Positions 1-12,351 of a DNA stretch of 64,000 bases are shown here, one piece after another. Where the stretch lies: contig NC_068991.1 in the NCBI RefSeq assembly GCF_001194135.2, positions 73,073,302 through 73,137,301 on the forward strand, written 5' to 3'. Below the pieces are notes generated by a model. The model was not told where the DNA came from, did no database searches, and was given only the letters and a program-made list of their open reading frames with translations. Made by a program: the position numbers and the translations under genes. Position 1 is the stretch's first letter; every line of letters begins with the position of its first letter. The stretch comes from Octopus bimaculoides. Lineage: Eukaryota.

Positions 1-1094
1 CCTAGGAATAACATCCTGCATTGACACATTGATGTGTTAAAACTTTTAAATGCAGAGTATATTCAGCTTAATCGATTGGGCCCTTTCCTTCTGTATGAGG
101 TTCAGAAGGCGTGAGTGAGTGAACAGTATGATTTGTTTACTCCTCAGTATTGCAATTAAACTGATCGAACTTCTCTATAAAGTAAACTATCAATTAAATG
201 TAACCAACACAGATCATTATTCGTTTCCTCAGATTTCCAGTTGTGCCGAAGCACAAAATCAAATGATTCATTGTTTATTTTAACTCTACGAGCACCACGC
301 CTTTCTATTAAATTTTCCTTACATTAACAGAAAGCCAAACAACGGCGGCCATATAATTGAGAAAAATCAAATAATATATTATCGGTTGTTGTTCTATAGA
401 CTAGACATTTGGCAGCTGTTAGGTTTGTTGTTGTTATTGTCGCCCCTGAGCGAGTAAATACATGAAGAGATATTGTTCTATTAGTTACTATTCCCGATCA
501 TTTTGCATTTTAGAAACCAGAATGTCTAATACATCTTTCCTTATTTAGGACATCACAGTGGGATTTCATGCAGATTTGTCTTCCCGTATGTTTGTAATTA
601 ATTCACTGTTCTCAGTTTTACTTATATTTCCTTACTTCTTACTGTAACTTTGACAGACTTGTCTGGTCTCTCACTCGTTTATTACACATTATTTTATCCC
701 GGCTGAATTCCTGATAGTCTTCGGGTGTTGCATGTATGTTCCTCAGGAGTACAACTAACGACGTGATTTTCTGCTTAATTAAAAATGATCTCTGTTACTT
801 GCAGCTACAAATAAAGTCAAAATATTGCAGTTTCCAGGAAATTATATGTTAAGTCATCCATATAGAAGAGACAGAAATACAATTCTATCCAGCTTGGAAG
901 CTCGTTGAAAGAACAAAGAGCTTCTCTTAGATTTCGAACCTTTTATCTTTTGTACTGCTTTTAATCATTTTTGGTTTTACCCTGAAGTAATACATACTCG
1001 TTTTCCATTTTAACATGGAATGGTTGACCTACCTTATTTATATCGAATCTGCTTTATTTCTCTGCATTGCATTAAATATTAGAGGATTGGATAA

Positions 1095-1310
1095 GGTTGC
1101 GAGGTGTCAGAGTCGTTAGCACACCGGGCAAAAATGCTTAGCGGCATTTCGTCCGTCTTTACTTTATGAGTTCAAATTTCACCGAGGTCGAATTTGGCTT
1201 TCCTCCTTCGACATCTATAAAATATATACCAGCTGAGCACCGGAGTTGATATAAGTGGCTTACTCCTTCCCCAAAATTGATGGCTTTGTGCCAACATCTG
1301 AAATGAATAT
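1095..1310 (+). mobile_element. SINE family A, diverged copy
   Basis: tRNA-like head (gtcagagtcgttagc ... gagttcaaatttc) and body colinear with the better-preserved copies at 1408, 16776 and 58147. Confidence 0.75.
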
Positions 1311-1407
1311 CAACGAAGTGGTATGTTAATACATCCTGTTCGGTAATTCATGCACGACAGGCTAACGCATTCTTTATATTTCTGTCTTCAATAAATATCC
1401 GGTTAAT

Positions 1408-1642
1408 AAGGCAGCGAGCTGGCAGAGTGGTTAGCACGCCGGGCGAAATGCTTAACGGTACTTCGTCTGCTGCTACGTTCTGAGTTCAAATTCCACCGAA
1501 GTCGACTTTGCCTTTCACCCCTTCGGGGTCGATTAAATACGTACCTGTTACGCACTGGAGTCGATATAATTGACTTAATCCATTTGTCTGTCTTTGTTTG
1601 TCCCCTCTAAGTTTAGCCCCTTGTGGGCAGTAAAGAAATAAG
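1408..1642 (+). mobile_element. SINE family A, full length, tail type A1
   Basis: aaggcagcgagctggcagagtggttagc (A box), gagttcaaattcc (B box), central gtcgactttgcctttca...ggggtcgat domain, tail ...gtttagccccttgtgggcagtaaagaaataag. Confidence 0.9.
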
Positions 1643-1800
1643 AAATGTTAGCACGCTGGGCGAAGTGCTTAGCGGTATTTCGTCTGCCTTTATGTTATGA
1701 GTTCAAATTCCGCCGAGGTCGACTTTGCCTCTCATCCTTTCGGGGTCGATAAATTAAGTACCAGTTGCGTACTGGGATCGATCTAATCGACTGACCCCCA
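1643..1800 (+). mobile_element. SINE family A, 5'-truncated, directly behind the previous copy
   Basis: Starts at gttagcacgctgggcgaagtgcttagcgg and follows the family body to gactgaccccca. Confidence 0.85.
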
Positions 1801-1848
1801 TGTGGTTGGGAAGCAAGCTTGTTAACACAAAGCTACTCCTGCGCATAT
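1800..1848 (-). mobile_element. SINE family B head fragment
   Basis: tgtggttgggaagcaagcttgttaacacaaagctactcctgcgc is the reverse complement of the family B tRNA-like head. Confidence 0.7.
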
Positions 1849-1849
1849 A

Positions 1850-3150
1850 TTGTATATTTTCTCTCCAGACGTTTTGCTCGGGTCGGTAGATGAAAGTGTA
1901 ATGGTAGAGACAGTTTCCTTTCCATACTACCACAATTATTCAGTCTCTCCATCTTCTGGTAGAATATTGCAGTGGAAGAATTACTTGAAGATCTGATCTT
2001 TCTTATGCATGTATTTTGTGTAGAGATTGTTGTTGGTAAGCGTTCAATGAATTTGTCACATTTGCTTTTCCAGTTTCTGAGATTCCCCAATGTTAACCTT
2101 GGTTAAACATGGTTTGCCTATATTTTTATTATCTTGGGGCTGATACACTACTTTGTTTCTTTTTTTTATAAACGAAAAAGTATGGTTTTCAATTTAATTT
2201 TGATGTTTGCTTCTGGTGTAACGTGTTTTGGGCTATTTCCCGTAGGATTTCATACGTTTGTATTGTATTTATGGTTATTTCTGTTGTGTAACATTTTTCT
2301 TCTGTGAAAGTTTCTGTATTTTGAGAGAGTAAACTAGTTTGTGGGAAGCTGATCTTTTCGTGCTTGGTAGTTTCGTTTTCAGTGTTTTTTTTATTTCGGT
2401 TTTTGTAAGATGTTTAAACATTTATTATTATAAATCTCCGTTCATTCGCTAGTGTGTTTTCGAAATCATTTACGTATACTTTGCTATATCTTCTGGTTTG
2501 TGATGCCATTGTATATTGGTGTTTATCGATATAGTATCTTTATATATTATACATATAAAATATGTTTATTATTCAGTGATTCATCGTTTCCTTCAAGTTC
2601 TAGTTTTGTTTTATTGGTCGTATCGATCGAAAACTAAGTTTGGCTTTTATAATAACAGGTGCGCTTTATGTAAGGAGCTAATATTATTCTAGCTACACAT
2701 CGTGTTCGCATTAAACTCTCATTACAACATTCACCAGTCATCAGGGTAGAGTTGTCGGATATATTGGTCTACATAGACTATCCGTTAATTGCATTTTAGT
2801 ACGTTTTATTTTGCTAGTAACGCCTTCTTACTTGTTCGCTATTGCGTGTTATTTAAACAACATATATTTTTGTGTTCAATAATCATACTTACGACATAAG
2901 AGAAGGGTTCAGTTGTGTTATTAGAGTTTTATATATCACTATCTTCGTTTTACGAGCTTGATCTTCAATTCCCACATATTATTAACTATTATTTCTTAAT
3001 GGGAAGTCAAGATTCCCCGTCCTTGTTGATATTCACTGAGCCACAACATGATTGAAAATAATAACTAGTTCTCAGTTCGTTATTACGTATACCGCTGTGG
3101 CGCTTCAGGTGTTGCGAAACATTCACGAGATGTACAAATAGTTCCATTCG
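1850..3150 (-). mobile_element. Decayed Penelope-like element (RT C-terminal half plus GIY-YIG remnant)
   Basis: Manual minus-strand translation gives colinear degenerate motifs: QKYMLFK (motif B flank), QLYPDDW (YxDD), LHKAHLLL*KPNLVF, IIYKDT..KPEDIAKY, PKIIK, and LPLHFHLPTRAKRLERKYTIY (GIY-YIG C-terminus). Many stops and frameshifts. Confidence 0.6.
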
Positions 3151-3327
3151 CTTGGAAGATTATTTCCTGCTTAATTAGGAAATAATTATTTCAGTTACTT
3201 AAGGCTAGAAAGTAAATAAAACTGTATGAGAATCTCCAAAATGACGTATGTAAAAGAGCAAACTTTTATCACTGATGCACACACTGATACAAGGGAATAA
3301 AGCGTAATTTAGATCTTGAATGAATAC

Positions 3328-3363
<36 letters not shown>

Positions 3364-3387
3364 GAAAGAGAAAGAGAATATATATAC

Positions 3388-3426
<39 letters not shown>

Positions 3427-4067
3427 NNNNNNNNNNNNNNNNNNNNNNNNNNNNNNNNNNNNNNNNNNNNNNNNNNNNNNNNNNNNNNNNNNNNNNNNNN
3501 NNNNNNNNNNNNNNNNNNNNNNNNNNNNNNNNNNNNNNNNNNNNNNNNNNNNNNNNNNNNNNNNNNNNNNNNNNNNNNNNNNNNNNNNNNNNNNNNNNNN
3601 NNNNNNNNNNNNNNNNNNNNNNNNNNNNNNNNNNNNNNNNNNNNNNNNNNNNNNNNNNNNNNNNNNNNNNNNNNNNNNNNNNNNNNNNNNNNNNNNNNNN
3701 NNNGTGAGTATATATATATATATATATATAAGTGTGTGTGTGTGTATGTGAGTGTGTGCTGTGTTGTGTGTGTGCGTGCTTATTTCAACAAAGGCTGTAA
3801 AAATCTGGAGATATACCGAAAAAGATGTGTGTTTTCGAACCAATTACTCTGCAACAATGCCTGCCCTGCAAGGAGATGCAGAGTCTCCCGATAAATTTCG
3901 CTGTGGGAAATGCAGTGAAAACGTAAAAAGGTTCGTTTGAAATTTCTAGTCACACTCTTTGTTCAACAAATGCGATATGCATATGCCTGAGATTATATGC
4001 GTGCGTTTACGTGTATGCATTTGTGTGTGCGTATGTGTGTATTCGCATATACATATCTATAGATGTA

Positions 4068-4978
4068 CACAGACATGTAGGAAGTAAATAGACACCTTTA
4101 ATTTCCAAAATTTCTGATCTAAGCATCTTAATGTGTTTTCAGCGGTGTAGAATTTACAATATAATTATTCTTTTTCATTCCGGGTGCCATTATATTAAAC
4201 ATTTGCGAAGAGTAACCATGCCACGCACAAAAACTTCAGCAGAATTGTCAGATTTTCAAAGAGGTCGTATTGTTGGGAAATCTGAAGCTGGTCTTAGACA
4301 GCGAAAAATTGCCGAAAATCTTAAAATTCCTCTTGCTACTGTTAATAGAATTATAGTGCAATTCAAAAGCCAAGGAAAAAAATCATGAGATTATCGACGT
4401 GGGCCCTCGGAATGGAAGCTTCGCTTTTTGAAGAGAATTGTGAAAAACGAACCCCATTCGAAGGCTTCTGACATTGCAAAACAGCTAGAAGTTAGCCCAA
4501 GAATGTGTGTTACATATCTGCATAAGATTGGGTATTATGGACGAGCAGCTTGAAGAAAACCTCTCCTTAAACCAATTAATATCATGAAAAGAAAGAAATG
4601 GGCTAAGGAGATGTCAGAAAATTGCAGTTCATTTTGGGATAGAGTGATTTTCTCCAATCTCCTGACATGAACCCAATTGAAAATCTTTGGAGCATACTAG
4701 ATAGAGCTATACAAAAAAACTCGACGGATAACTAATTCTAAAGATGAATTGTTTCGATTGTTGCGTGAAAGGTGGGCAGAAGTTCCACAAGAGACAGTCA
4801 CAAAGCTCATCGGTTCAATGCCAAAAAGAGTTTCTGAATTAAAAACTACAGAGGGAATGTGAACTAACTACTAAAGTATGTAGTCCTACCTATCGATTAC
4901 ATTTCAATTGTTCGCTTTGGGTATTAAATAAAAGATTTTGAAAATGAAAGTTGTTTATTTACTTCCTGCATGTCTGTG
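4068..4978 (+). mobile_element. Tc1-like DNA transposon, internally deleted and non-autonomous; transposase pseudogene 4218-4874
   Basis: Imperfect TIRs of about 48 bp (cacagacatgtaggaagtaaatagacacc... / ...ttgtttatttacttcctgcatgtctgtg) flanked by TA at 4066-4067 and 4979-4980. Translation: [43 protein letters not shown] fused to QSPDMNPIENLWSIL..LIGSMPKRV. In-frame stops present. Confidence 0.9.
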
Positions 4979-5136
4979 TATATCTATTAAATTTTGCATT
5001 GAATATCTCAGGAGGAAAACGGGAAAATCTGGCAAATATAGGTCTATCACCAAATTATGTGACCTCGTTTACGTTTGTATATATATATGTATACATATAT
5101 AGCACACAAAAACATATATACATAGGCATACGTACA

Positions 5137-5170
<34 letters not shown>

Positions 5171-6429
5171 CTCTCTTCAATGGAACTCTTATTCAGATAC
5201 CAATCCTCGGACATTAGTCACACGCTTGAAACTCAGAGCACCAAGGAGTTTTATTTAAACAGTTCTGATCTATACATGTAACTCCCAATAAATGTGTTGT
5301 GTGCCTTTCTTTCGTTTGCCTATTCACGGACAGAGTAAACAGCTATAGAAAATGTTGAAAGACGCAACGAAACTTTTGGAAGAATAAATAAGTAAATGAG
5401 TGGAAATTTTACCAGTGAGTGTGCTAAATTATAAGGCACTAAAAGAGAATGACTCTCCCCAGATACAACAATATATATATATATGGACGGATTCCGGAGT
5501 ACCGAGGAAATTATGTATAAATATATCAAATTAAGAATTCTACGAGGTATATTACAATACAAAATACCAAACGGAACGTCACCTCTTATATCTCATCTTT
5601 CTTCCTCCTTTAACTTGTATGTGATATAATTCTTGGGAAAGAATACATTTGCGGCTGAAGATAGCTTTATACTGTCAATTATACACTGATGTAACAACTA
5701 TAAAGCTTGAAACACGTGTACCGCAGAATCCTTTGTGTTTTGTTTTTATTTTTACATTTACAATTTATATATATAAACATCTGTATATACATGTGTATTT
5801 GGGGAAGGCTGTGAGGGGAAACACTACTTCCGTGAGAGTGAAACTGACAATGTGTATGAGAGAAAGAAAAATGACAGCGAAAGCAAAAGCGAGAGGGTAA
5901 TATGGAGGTGAGATAGAGGCTGAGAGTAGAAGAGAGCGCGGAAGGGAGAGAAAATGTAGTGTGTCAGGAATCAATTAAACCGCTTCATCAAATGAGGTTA
6001 ATGGATCGTGTAATATTTTAATATATTTTAGTGTTTTGCACTATTTGAATGTCAAAACACAAATTGCTCTTTCAGTATGCGATGAAACTCATCGTTTAAT
6101 CATTAGGAGCGGCAAAGAATAAACAAACCTCTTCTATACTAAGCCGAAGTAGCATAGCGTACAATAATAACCCTTATTGCCTTTAGATTTAATACTTTCT
6201 CTGGTTTTCTTTTTAAAAGTTTCATTTACTTTGAAGAAATTAAACAACAATAAGAGCAACAATAATTATTGCAATTCCTAATTTGTGTACAAGGCCAGAA
6301 ATTTTGATGGGAGGCAATTAGTGGTAATACTGTGGTAATTAGTGGTAACTATCGAATCGAGTACCTGACTGTTGTTCTCCAATCTACAGGCACAGTTGTA
6401 GGGCTATTCTGTTAACTCTAACTATTTAC

Positions 6430-7600
6430 GCCACAGTCCCTCTCCTCTTGTCAATTTAATGGCGGACAGATCTTCCCTTTCCACCTCCACTTACCTTACC
6501 AAGTGAAACATAAAAAGATGGAAATGGGTTTGTCCAATTGAGAAAGAGTCTGCCTTCAATCCTCTCAACTTTGATCACCACACAACCTCGTTTGCCATAG
6601 CCACAAAACAGAGGACCATTGCCCAACCTTGTTAAAGTTGAGCAGTGAGTGCGGGATCTTCATGGTGGACTCAACATTTTGCCTGATCCATCCTACATGC
6701 AACAATAACTGTTTAACATAATTCAACCGGCCAGCCATACTCAGACACTGCCTGGCTAAGTGCGGTGCAGTTTTCTCCCTTCGTGCTCATTTCCCACTGT
6801 AACTCAAGCTTATAGACTAATCTGGAACAAGTAGTGCCGGTAGTGCGTCCTCATTGGCGTCTAGAGCTTCTCTAAGAACATCATCATTCTTACATTCCAC
6901 TGCTGCTTTATATATTCCCTGAGTAGAACTTACATTGGCCGCATTGTCCGACTGGCTGACTGATAGCGGGGAGGTGGCACCTGACAGTATTGAAAATGCC
7001 TGGTGTCCAGTCTTGTCTTTTCTTGACCCAACGCTGCAGGTCCATTAGAGAGATGAAATACGGAAAAGCGAACCTTACAAACGGAACCCACACATGATTA
7101 CTAGCCAGGAATCTCTGTAAAATGGCTCAAAATCTGTGCATGTACGCGAATCAATATCCTCGCCGGGCCTTTCACACGGTGATGGCAAAAACTGGACTAT
7201 TTGACCATTTGTTAAATTCTTCCTTTCAACAGAAATCAAAAGTATTGGCACATCAATCTTGTTGGTCAGATGGTTGAGCGGTAAATAATGACGGAACCGA
7301 TATAATTATTTGCGCTGTCGACTGAGCGAGTCAAGGATGGCTTCCGCTCAGGACATGTCTGAATAATCTTGAAAACGTTGATTGTAACTTCATGTCAATT
7401 CCAGTCAGTCAAACCAAATTCCAAGCAATTTAACCAGTTCGTTTATCTAGTGACTCATGGTATTTATTCTTCGATGTCATTTACTACTCGAAGCCTCAGC
7501 TGCAAACCTACCGAGTTCTCAAGAGAGATCTTTTCGCTTTTTGGTAACACCATAACAATACATGAGTTCCTGAGTTTCTTCTCGATATTTAAGGATGACT
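6430..7600 (-). mobile_element. L1/Tx1-clade LINE ORF2 3' fragment (post-YADD RT region through CCHC zinc-knuckle region), pseudogenised
   Basis: Minus-strand frames give KISLENSVGLQL, VKLLGIWF, ERKPSL..ANNYIGSVIIYR, F*FLLKG, VWVPFVR, EKTAPHLARQC, YVKQLL and CFVAMANEVVW*SKLRGLK in the expected order. Frameshifts and stops throughout. Confidence 0.75.
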
Positions 7601-7601
7601 C

Positions 7602-7778
7602 GCGTTGTGTTCTTGAGCAAAACACTTCATTTCATGTTGCTCCAGTTCACTTAGCTGGCACATATGAGTAACCCTGCGACAGTCCAGCTTCCCGTCCAGG
7701 TGGAGGATATATATGCCATTGAAACGGAGAAACCAGCGCTCATGAGCCTGGCATGGCTCGAGAAGGAAACGTTTATTC
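7602..7778 (+). mobile_element. V-domain-type SINE, headless fragment
   Basis: gcgttgtgttcttgagcaaaacacttcatttc...accctgcgac...cccgtccagg; homologous to 7946-8157 (-) and 54397-54645 (+). Confidence 0.75.
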
Positions 7779-7945
7779 ATTTATATATATATATATACAT
7801 TGAAAAGTATATCCATCAGGAAATCCGGAAGAACGGCCCTTTGAGTCTGTAGCTCGGTGAGGAGCTTTATCTTTTTATCTTATTATATTTATTATGTGCT
7901 AAATATAGTGGTCAGTCTACATTACTCCATGAGGAAAATAGGGAC

Positions 7946-8157
7946 AGTTTCTCGGTTTCTCTGGTGTGTACGTTCCTCCCTAAACGGGACGCCAGTCCGG
8001 CACAGAATTTTACTCATTGTTACAAACTGAGTTTTTCTGGAGCAACGGGAAATGGAGTGTTTCGTTGTAGAACACAACGTTTCGCCCGGTCCAAGAATCG
8101 AAACCCCAATCTTACGACTATGAGTCCAACACCTTAACCACTAAGCCATGTGCTTCC
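7946..8157 (-). mobile_element. V-domain-type SINE with tRNA-like head
   Basis: Reverse complement reads ggaagcacatggcttagtggttaagg...ggtttcgattcttggaccggg (A/B boxes), followed by the same body as 7602-7778. Confidence 0.8.
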
Positions 8158-9656
8158 ACTAAATATAGTATCTACTATAAAAAACATTGTACCAGTCATC
8201 TACTCTGGTAGGTTTTATTGTCTGCCGACATTTGGCAATGAGCAATGGAATAGCTACATATGTGGGGCTCCGAAGGCAGGGGAGTATATTGCCGTCAGCG
8301 GGAGTATATTGCCGTCAGGTCAACATTATCTATTTGTAACACTTTACATTAATTGGGAATGCAAAACCTGTGTGAATTACACACACACACTTGCTTTCTG
8401 AAAATGGACCCAATTTAAGGAGATAACGCAAAAGGAAAAGAAAGGCTTGAAAATTAAATTTTACAAGAAATTGAATTCCTTAGAGAAATTATTGCTAACA
8501 CGTTTTACTAAATTACAGCTGTAATTGCCTGATGAGTTTCCAGTAGCATATTGAAAAGAAAATATTAGTCGATTTATCGTATCATTATACTATCGAACCG
8601 CTAACCCTTTCTCGTCGTTCGACCGTTTAATAGATGGAAAATTTACGCTTAAAACTATTATTTTCCATTAAACGTTTTAGAGAATTTTCGAAAGATTGCA
8701 AAAGAATAATGAACGTTTTCATCATGTTCTTCCGATTACTCAATTCCAAATAACAGCATTTATATGAAAATCTATGTCAACTGGAATTGTTATGCATAGC
8801 ATGGGGCCCTAGTAATAGCTGGCAAAATCCATGAAGGCCTCGTGGTTTGTTTTTACGCTAGAGTTGGTTTATTTTGTTCTTCTGTGTCAAAAGCGATATA
8901 AATGCAGCGTGCTCTATGTATGTTTGCGAATCGTTTTGATTTCTTTACTACGCATTCTACTGCACGTGTTGTGAATGCAAGGATGCTGTATTTAACCTTT
9001 CGTAAGTAATTTTATGCTTTGTGTGTGTGAGCGTGTGTGCGTCTGTATGTGCATGTGTGTGGGTGTTTGTGTGTGTGTGTGCTGTGTATGTGTGTGTGTG
9101 TGTGTTAGCGTTTATATTGTTGAAAATATGTGATATTCTCTCGCACTACTTTGCAAGAAAGGAAGCCATGGATTTTGCAGATGCTGCATTGTGCTGTTAG
9201 ATCCAAGTTTCTTTGTGATTCGCTTAAGATTTGAATAGTTATGCAACCGTTATCAGAAAATGGTAGGCGGATGTATATGAGTGTGATGTTATATCATAAG
9301 CATATGAGGGTTTTTATAAGCTTTGTGAAGATGCGAGAATGCTGAATAGGTGTAGGTTAAAATTTTTAGGTGATATTTCGTTTGTGGGAAGTTGCAAATT
9401 TTGGATGCATTTTTATGCATGGCCAGGAAATAAATTTGTTTTTACTTTTGGAAAAGAAATGGAAGGAATATGTATATAGGTATAGGTTACATATTTTGTG
9501 ATCGAGGGAGCAGCAAGGAATAGAACTGATATTGGTGGTATATAGGATGATGCGTTTGGAGAAAATTTCATCAAAGCTGTGGCATTTATTTTGTAGTGTT
9601 TTGAATGTACGAAAGTTGAAGAGATTCACAGGTTTGTTTGTAAAACATAGGATATA

Positions 9657-9920
9657 GAAGGCGTGTGGTCTAGTGGTTAGATAGTTGCACTCACGACCTC
9701 ACGATTGTGGTTTCAATTCTCGAACCGGTCTATACGTTGTGATCTACAGCGAAACACCCCATCACACGTTATTCAGTGATCACTTTGAAATCTGACGTAT
9801 CAGACGAGTGGTACGCCGTAACCAGGTACAGCCACTGTCGATTTGATGGTAGGTGTGGACTAATGTACACACAACATAACTACATCATCTGTGCTGATTG
9901 TTCTGCAAGGGACCTCATCT
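9657..9920 (+). mobile_element. tRNA-headed SINE (V-like body, different tail)
   Basis: gaaggcgtgtggtctagtggttag ... ggtttcaattctcgaaccgg head followed by a degenerate body. Confidence 0.65.
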
Positions 9921-10909
9921 GCAAGACCATTATATTTCGTTTACGACAGGATAGTCCACAAATACGTAGGAAACGTCTTTCTGGGATTGTCTGTTATGTA
10001 CAAGGATTTATACAAGACATGTACAATGTTGCTTCAGGTAAATCTCTCAATTTGTGAAGAATTTTTTCTCTTCATCATCCACAGTCTTCAGATTCCGCAA
10101 TGTTGATATAATTAGCTGAAAATGTTAATGGGTGCAGTGATTTAGATGAAACTCTCGGCGCATTCGGTGTTTGTAATTTTGGGTCCCCGGAGGCTTTTGA
10201 GAATTTAAATTTCCCAAATGCATTTCTGATGCATGCAACAAAAGACTGGATAAGAGGCAGAAAATGCTGTGGCTTAATTTGAAAGTGCGTGTCGTGCATT
10301 TATTTTACTGTCTTTGTGCGGGATTTAGTTGATAATATTTGAAAAGTGTTGGTAATTGAATTCCCTTGCTGTTGGCATATGGGTATGTAATTGCAGGTTG
10401 CTACGTGAGGTGTTATTTGAGATTGTTAGACTTGATGATGTTACTCTTAATTACATGTGCTTTTATCTGCGTCTTTTCAGGTTTATATTACAAATGCTTG
10501 TCAAACACCAGTTGTATCAACTCTGTGTTTTTAGTTATTAGTTTCTAGTTCATTCATTTCAAAATGACACCTATTTCTGTGGCGTTCATTTGTTATTCTT
10601 GTTGTTATTATTTAAAAGTAGCTAGAACTTTATCGTTTGGATCTATTATCTAGAGCATTCTATCTGTGACCATCCAATGAAGGACATTTTATACAAGTGT
10701 ATATCTTTGCTTTGGAACAATTTGCTGGCTAACTGTAGGTTGAGAGAGCACATGAAGGAGCTCACATTGTCTCATCCTTGTATTTAATACTCTGATTGAG
10801 ATTGCATCTAGATTTTATAAAACTGTACTTTTATATTGCCTTTTGGAATACAAAGGACATTTTTAGAAAAAATGTCTACAATTTGATGAAATAGGTGCAG
10901 GAGTGGCTA

Positions 10910-11459
10910 TAGGCGCAGAAATGGCTGTGTGGTAAGTATCTTGCTTACCAACTACATGGTTTCGAGTTCAGTCCCACTGCGTGGCACTTTGCGCAAGGGT
11001 CTTCTACTATAGCCTCAGGCTGACCAAAGCCTTGTGAGTGGATTTGGTAGACGGAAACTGAAAGAAGCCCGTCGTATATATGTATATATATATATAACAT
11101 TCACAATGACTCATTATATAACCTCCACACAATAAAACAATGGCTAACTAGCCCAACAGAATTGCTTCTTCTTGTATTTGTTGCTCCATTCTCCACATAA
11201 AAAAAAAATATATATGTATGTATGTATCTGTATATATTTGTGTGTCTGTGTTTGTCCCCCCCCCCTAACTTCGCTTGACAACCGATGCTGGTGTGTTTAC
11301 GTCGCCGTAACTTGGCGGTTCGGCAAAAGCGACCGATAGAATAAGTAATAGGCTTACAACAAATAAGTCCTAGGGTCGATTTGCTCGACTAAAGGCAGTG
11401 CTCCAGCATGGCCACAATCACAAATGACTGAAACAAGTAAAAGAGAGTAAAAGAGAGTA
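10910..11459 (+). mobile_element. SINE family B, full length, bipartite with internal microsatellite; carries a 113-bp insert
   Basis: tggctgtgtggtaag / gagttcagtccc head, ...gaaagaagcccgtcg(ta)n..., and 3' half tgacaaccgatgctggtgtgtttacg...ctccagcatggcc...aaacaagtaaaagag. Confidence 0.9.
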
Positions 11460-11649
11460 ACGTGGATGTGCTACACCGGGCTCTCCATTCAAACCCAAAT
11501 CTAATCTAATAACATCGGTGGAATGAGATAAAGAAACCCGTGGAAGACTTGAAGGAAGCGGTCTTTAAATGACTGAAGAAACTGAAACAAGTAAAAAGAG
11601 AGAGAGGGAGAGAGAGTGATTATTTATTATATTTTGGCATATTTAAATA

Positions 11650-12303
11650 TTTTTGATGAATGTTCGTACGATATTTCGATGCTTCTACCACACGCTGTAT
11701 TATTTACGTTATTGATATATTTACGTTGGTGATTTTAGTGCAACGGGCTTCCTTGAGCATCAAATATCTTTTCTGCACTACAAAGTCCAGTCATTTTCTA
11801 GATCACTCCTGTTCGATCAGGACTGATCTATAAGGTGATTGAACTTTGCGTGTTGGAAGAAATTGTTTTTGTTTGTACATTGATGCGTGATGACGGCGAA
11901 GAGGGTGATGGGCTGTTTGTTGGTCGTACAGGAACAATTTCCCATGGGTTTCAGGTTGCTAGTTATGCTGATCAGAAAGTGATATTAACCTTGGGAGTCG
12001 AGGTGGTAGAGGTCGTATCGGTGTCGGTATATTTAGAATATAAAGTAGGTTCAGTTATAATACGATTGTGTCTTTTCTTTTATCATATGTTTTAGCGTAA
12101 TGAGGTGTTGTAGATGGAATAAATAACCTAGTGGGACGCTTGTTAAAGTTGGCAATGGTAAATATATATATACACACACATATACATACATACATGTATT
12201 TGGTTAATGCGTTCCGTGTTGTTGCCTTCTATTTTCGGTTGATGTATTTTTAGTGTGATGTCATACAATGTAAGAGTGAACTTGGGTGATATTGGTGGAA
12301 TAC

Positions 12304-12351
<48 letters not shown>

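Noticed and set aside
1408-1500. tRNA-like sequences (A and B boxes) here and at other SINE heads
   Set aside because: Each continues into a shared SINE body with no acceptor stem; these are SINE heads, not tRNA genes.
2686-2752. Minus-strand CTGATGA with partial stems resembling a hammerhead
   Set aside because: The CTGATGA is the codons cct-gat-gac of the Penelope YxDD motif (LYPDDW). GAAA lacks one A and stem II does not close, so it is a chance match.
3316-3894. Long ORFs such as 3316-3894, 20727-21944, 24424-25104, 60159-60809 and 62683-63654
   Set aside because: They are open only because they run through N-gaps and (TA)/(CA) microsatellites (YIYI, HTHT, CVCV products).
8511-8556. 16-bp palindrome aattacagctgtaatt followed by CTGATGA and GAAA
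   Set aside because: There are two extra bases before the core, and neither stem II nor stem III pairs; not a credible hammerhead.
8908-9001. Possible exon reading FDFFTTHSTARVVN, loosely like the ABCC FFDTTPxGRILN motif, ending at GTAAGT
   Set aside because: The acceptor lacks a pyrimidine tract and the flanking residues do not match the ABC family; likely chance.
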